A DNA stretch of 64,000 nt from Bacteroidales bacterium (GTDB lineage: Bacteria > Bacteroidota > Bacteroidia > Bacteroidales > UBA932): positions 15,484-79,483 of the forward strand of contig JAFZVQ010000079.1 in NCBI GenBank assembly GCA_017617715.1, written 5' to 3'. Below the pieces are notes generated by a model. That model saw nothing but the letters and a program-made list of their open reading frames with translations. It did not search any database and was not told where the DNA came from. Position 1 is the stretch's first letter; each line of letters starts with the position of its first letter. Position numbers and translations under genes: made by a program. Positions 63,313-64,000 of this stretch are shown here, piece after piece.

Positions 63313-64000
63313 ATGTCAGAAGAGCTCAATCTGGTTGCCGACCTTGCCGTCATCCTTATAGCGGCAGGGGTGTTCACCGTCATTTCCAAGGCGCTGAAGC
63401 AACCGTTGATATTAGGCTACATAATTGCCGGATTCATAGTGAGTCCGCATCTCGGCCTCCTGCCTGCCATAAGCAGCACGGAATCCGTCAGGCAGTGGTC
63501 TGAAATCGGTATTATCTTCCTGCTGTTCGCCCTTGGTCTGGAGTTCAGTTTCAAAAAGCTCCTCAAGGTGGGAAGCAGCGCTCTCATCACCGCCGGCACC
63601 ATATGCGCCGGCATGCTTATGGTGGGCATGATCACCGGCAACGCCCTTGGCTGGTCAATGATGGAAAGCATCTTCCTCGGCGGCCTGCTGTCCATGAGCT
63701 CGACCACCGTGATAATAAAGGCATTCGACGACATCGGGCTGAAGAAAAAACCTTATGCCACGTTGATATTCGGCACCCTCGTGGTGGAGGACCTGATTGC
63801 CGTGCTGCTGATGGTCCTGCTCTCCACCCTCGCCGTATCCAGCCAGTTTTCGGGCGGAGAAATGCTCCTAAGCCTCGCCCGGCTCGCGTTCTTCCTGATC
63901 CTGTGGTTCCTGATCGGCCTCTACATTATCCCTATCCTGCTTAAAAGGGCGCGCAAATACCTGAACGATGAGATCCTGCTCATAATCTCCATCGGCCTGT
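63313..64000 (+). CDS. Cation:proton antiporter (CPA2), runs off right edge
   Basis: Manual translation MSEELNLVADLAVILIAAG..KQPLILGYI..GIIFLLFALGLEFS..SMSSTTVIIK..LVVEDL. Confidence 0.9.
   Translation, partial: MSEELNLVADLAVILIAAGVFTVISKALKQPLILGYIIAGFIVSPHLGLLPAISSTESVRQWSEIGIIFLLFALGLEFSFKKLLKVGSSALITAGTICAGMLMVGMITGNALGWSMMESIFLGGLLSMSSTTVIIKAFDDIGLKKKPYATLIFGTLVVEDLIAVLLMVLLSTLAVSSQFSGGEMLLSLARLAFFLILWFLIGLYIIPILLKRARKYLNDEILLIISIGL

Overview
High-GC Bacteroidales chromosome segment, resembling the RC9/'Cryptobacteroides'-type lineage; TAnnTTTG -7 promoters recur throughout. Most of it is housekeeping: relA-like, ligA, PPi-pfk, gpsA, a Na+-type V/A-ATPase operon, a Na+-pumping acyl-CoA decarboxylase, queA, rlmD, cysteate synthase, rarA, yidC, trmD and asd. 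There are two accessory blocks. (1) A ~5.7 kb island (12636-18361) is bracketed by inverted REP-like doublets. It holds AT-rich nuclease-like and glycosylase-like genes, a ~230-nt rod-like leader hairpin, and a fimbrillin-type lipoprotein whose C-terminus looks like a DGR variable region, although no TR or RT lies in the window. (2) Three very large fimbrillin/GLUG lipoproteins (25436-34342) sit between the decarboxylase and V-ATPase genes. The adhesin gene(s) in each block are directly preceded by an unannotated 45-46 aa microprotein with the same motif, Y-x-x-P-x-C-E-A-x8-[LI]-C-D-x3-S-G..F..W. Its acidic tail resembles the C-terminal tails of the non-terminal adhesins, suggesting a microprotein donor-strand/anchor system (inference). 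Also seen: a modular palindromic repeat family, a candidate sRNA before asd, and an AT-rich divergence region. No rRNA, tRNA, CRISPR array, integrase or RT was recognised. Family names are from motif recognition by eye, not database searches.
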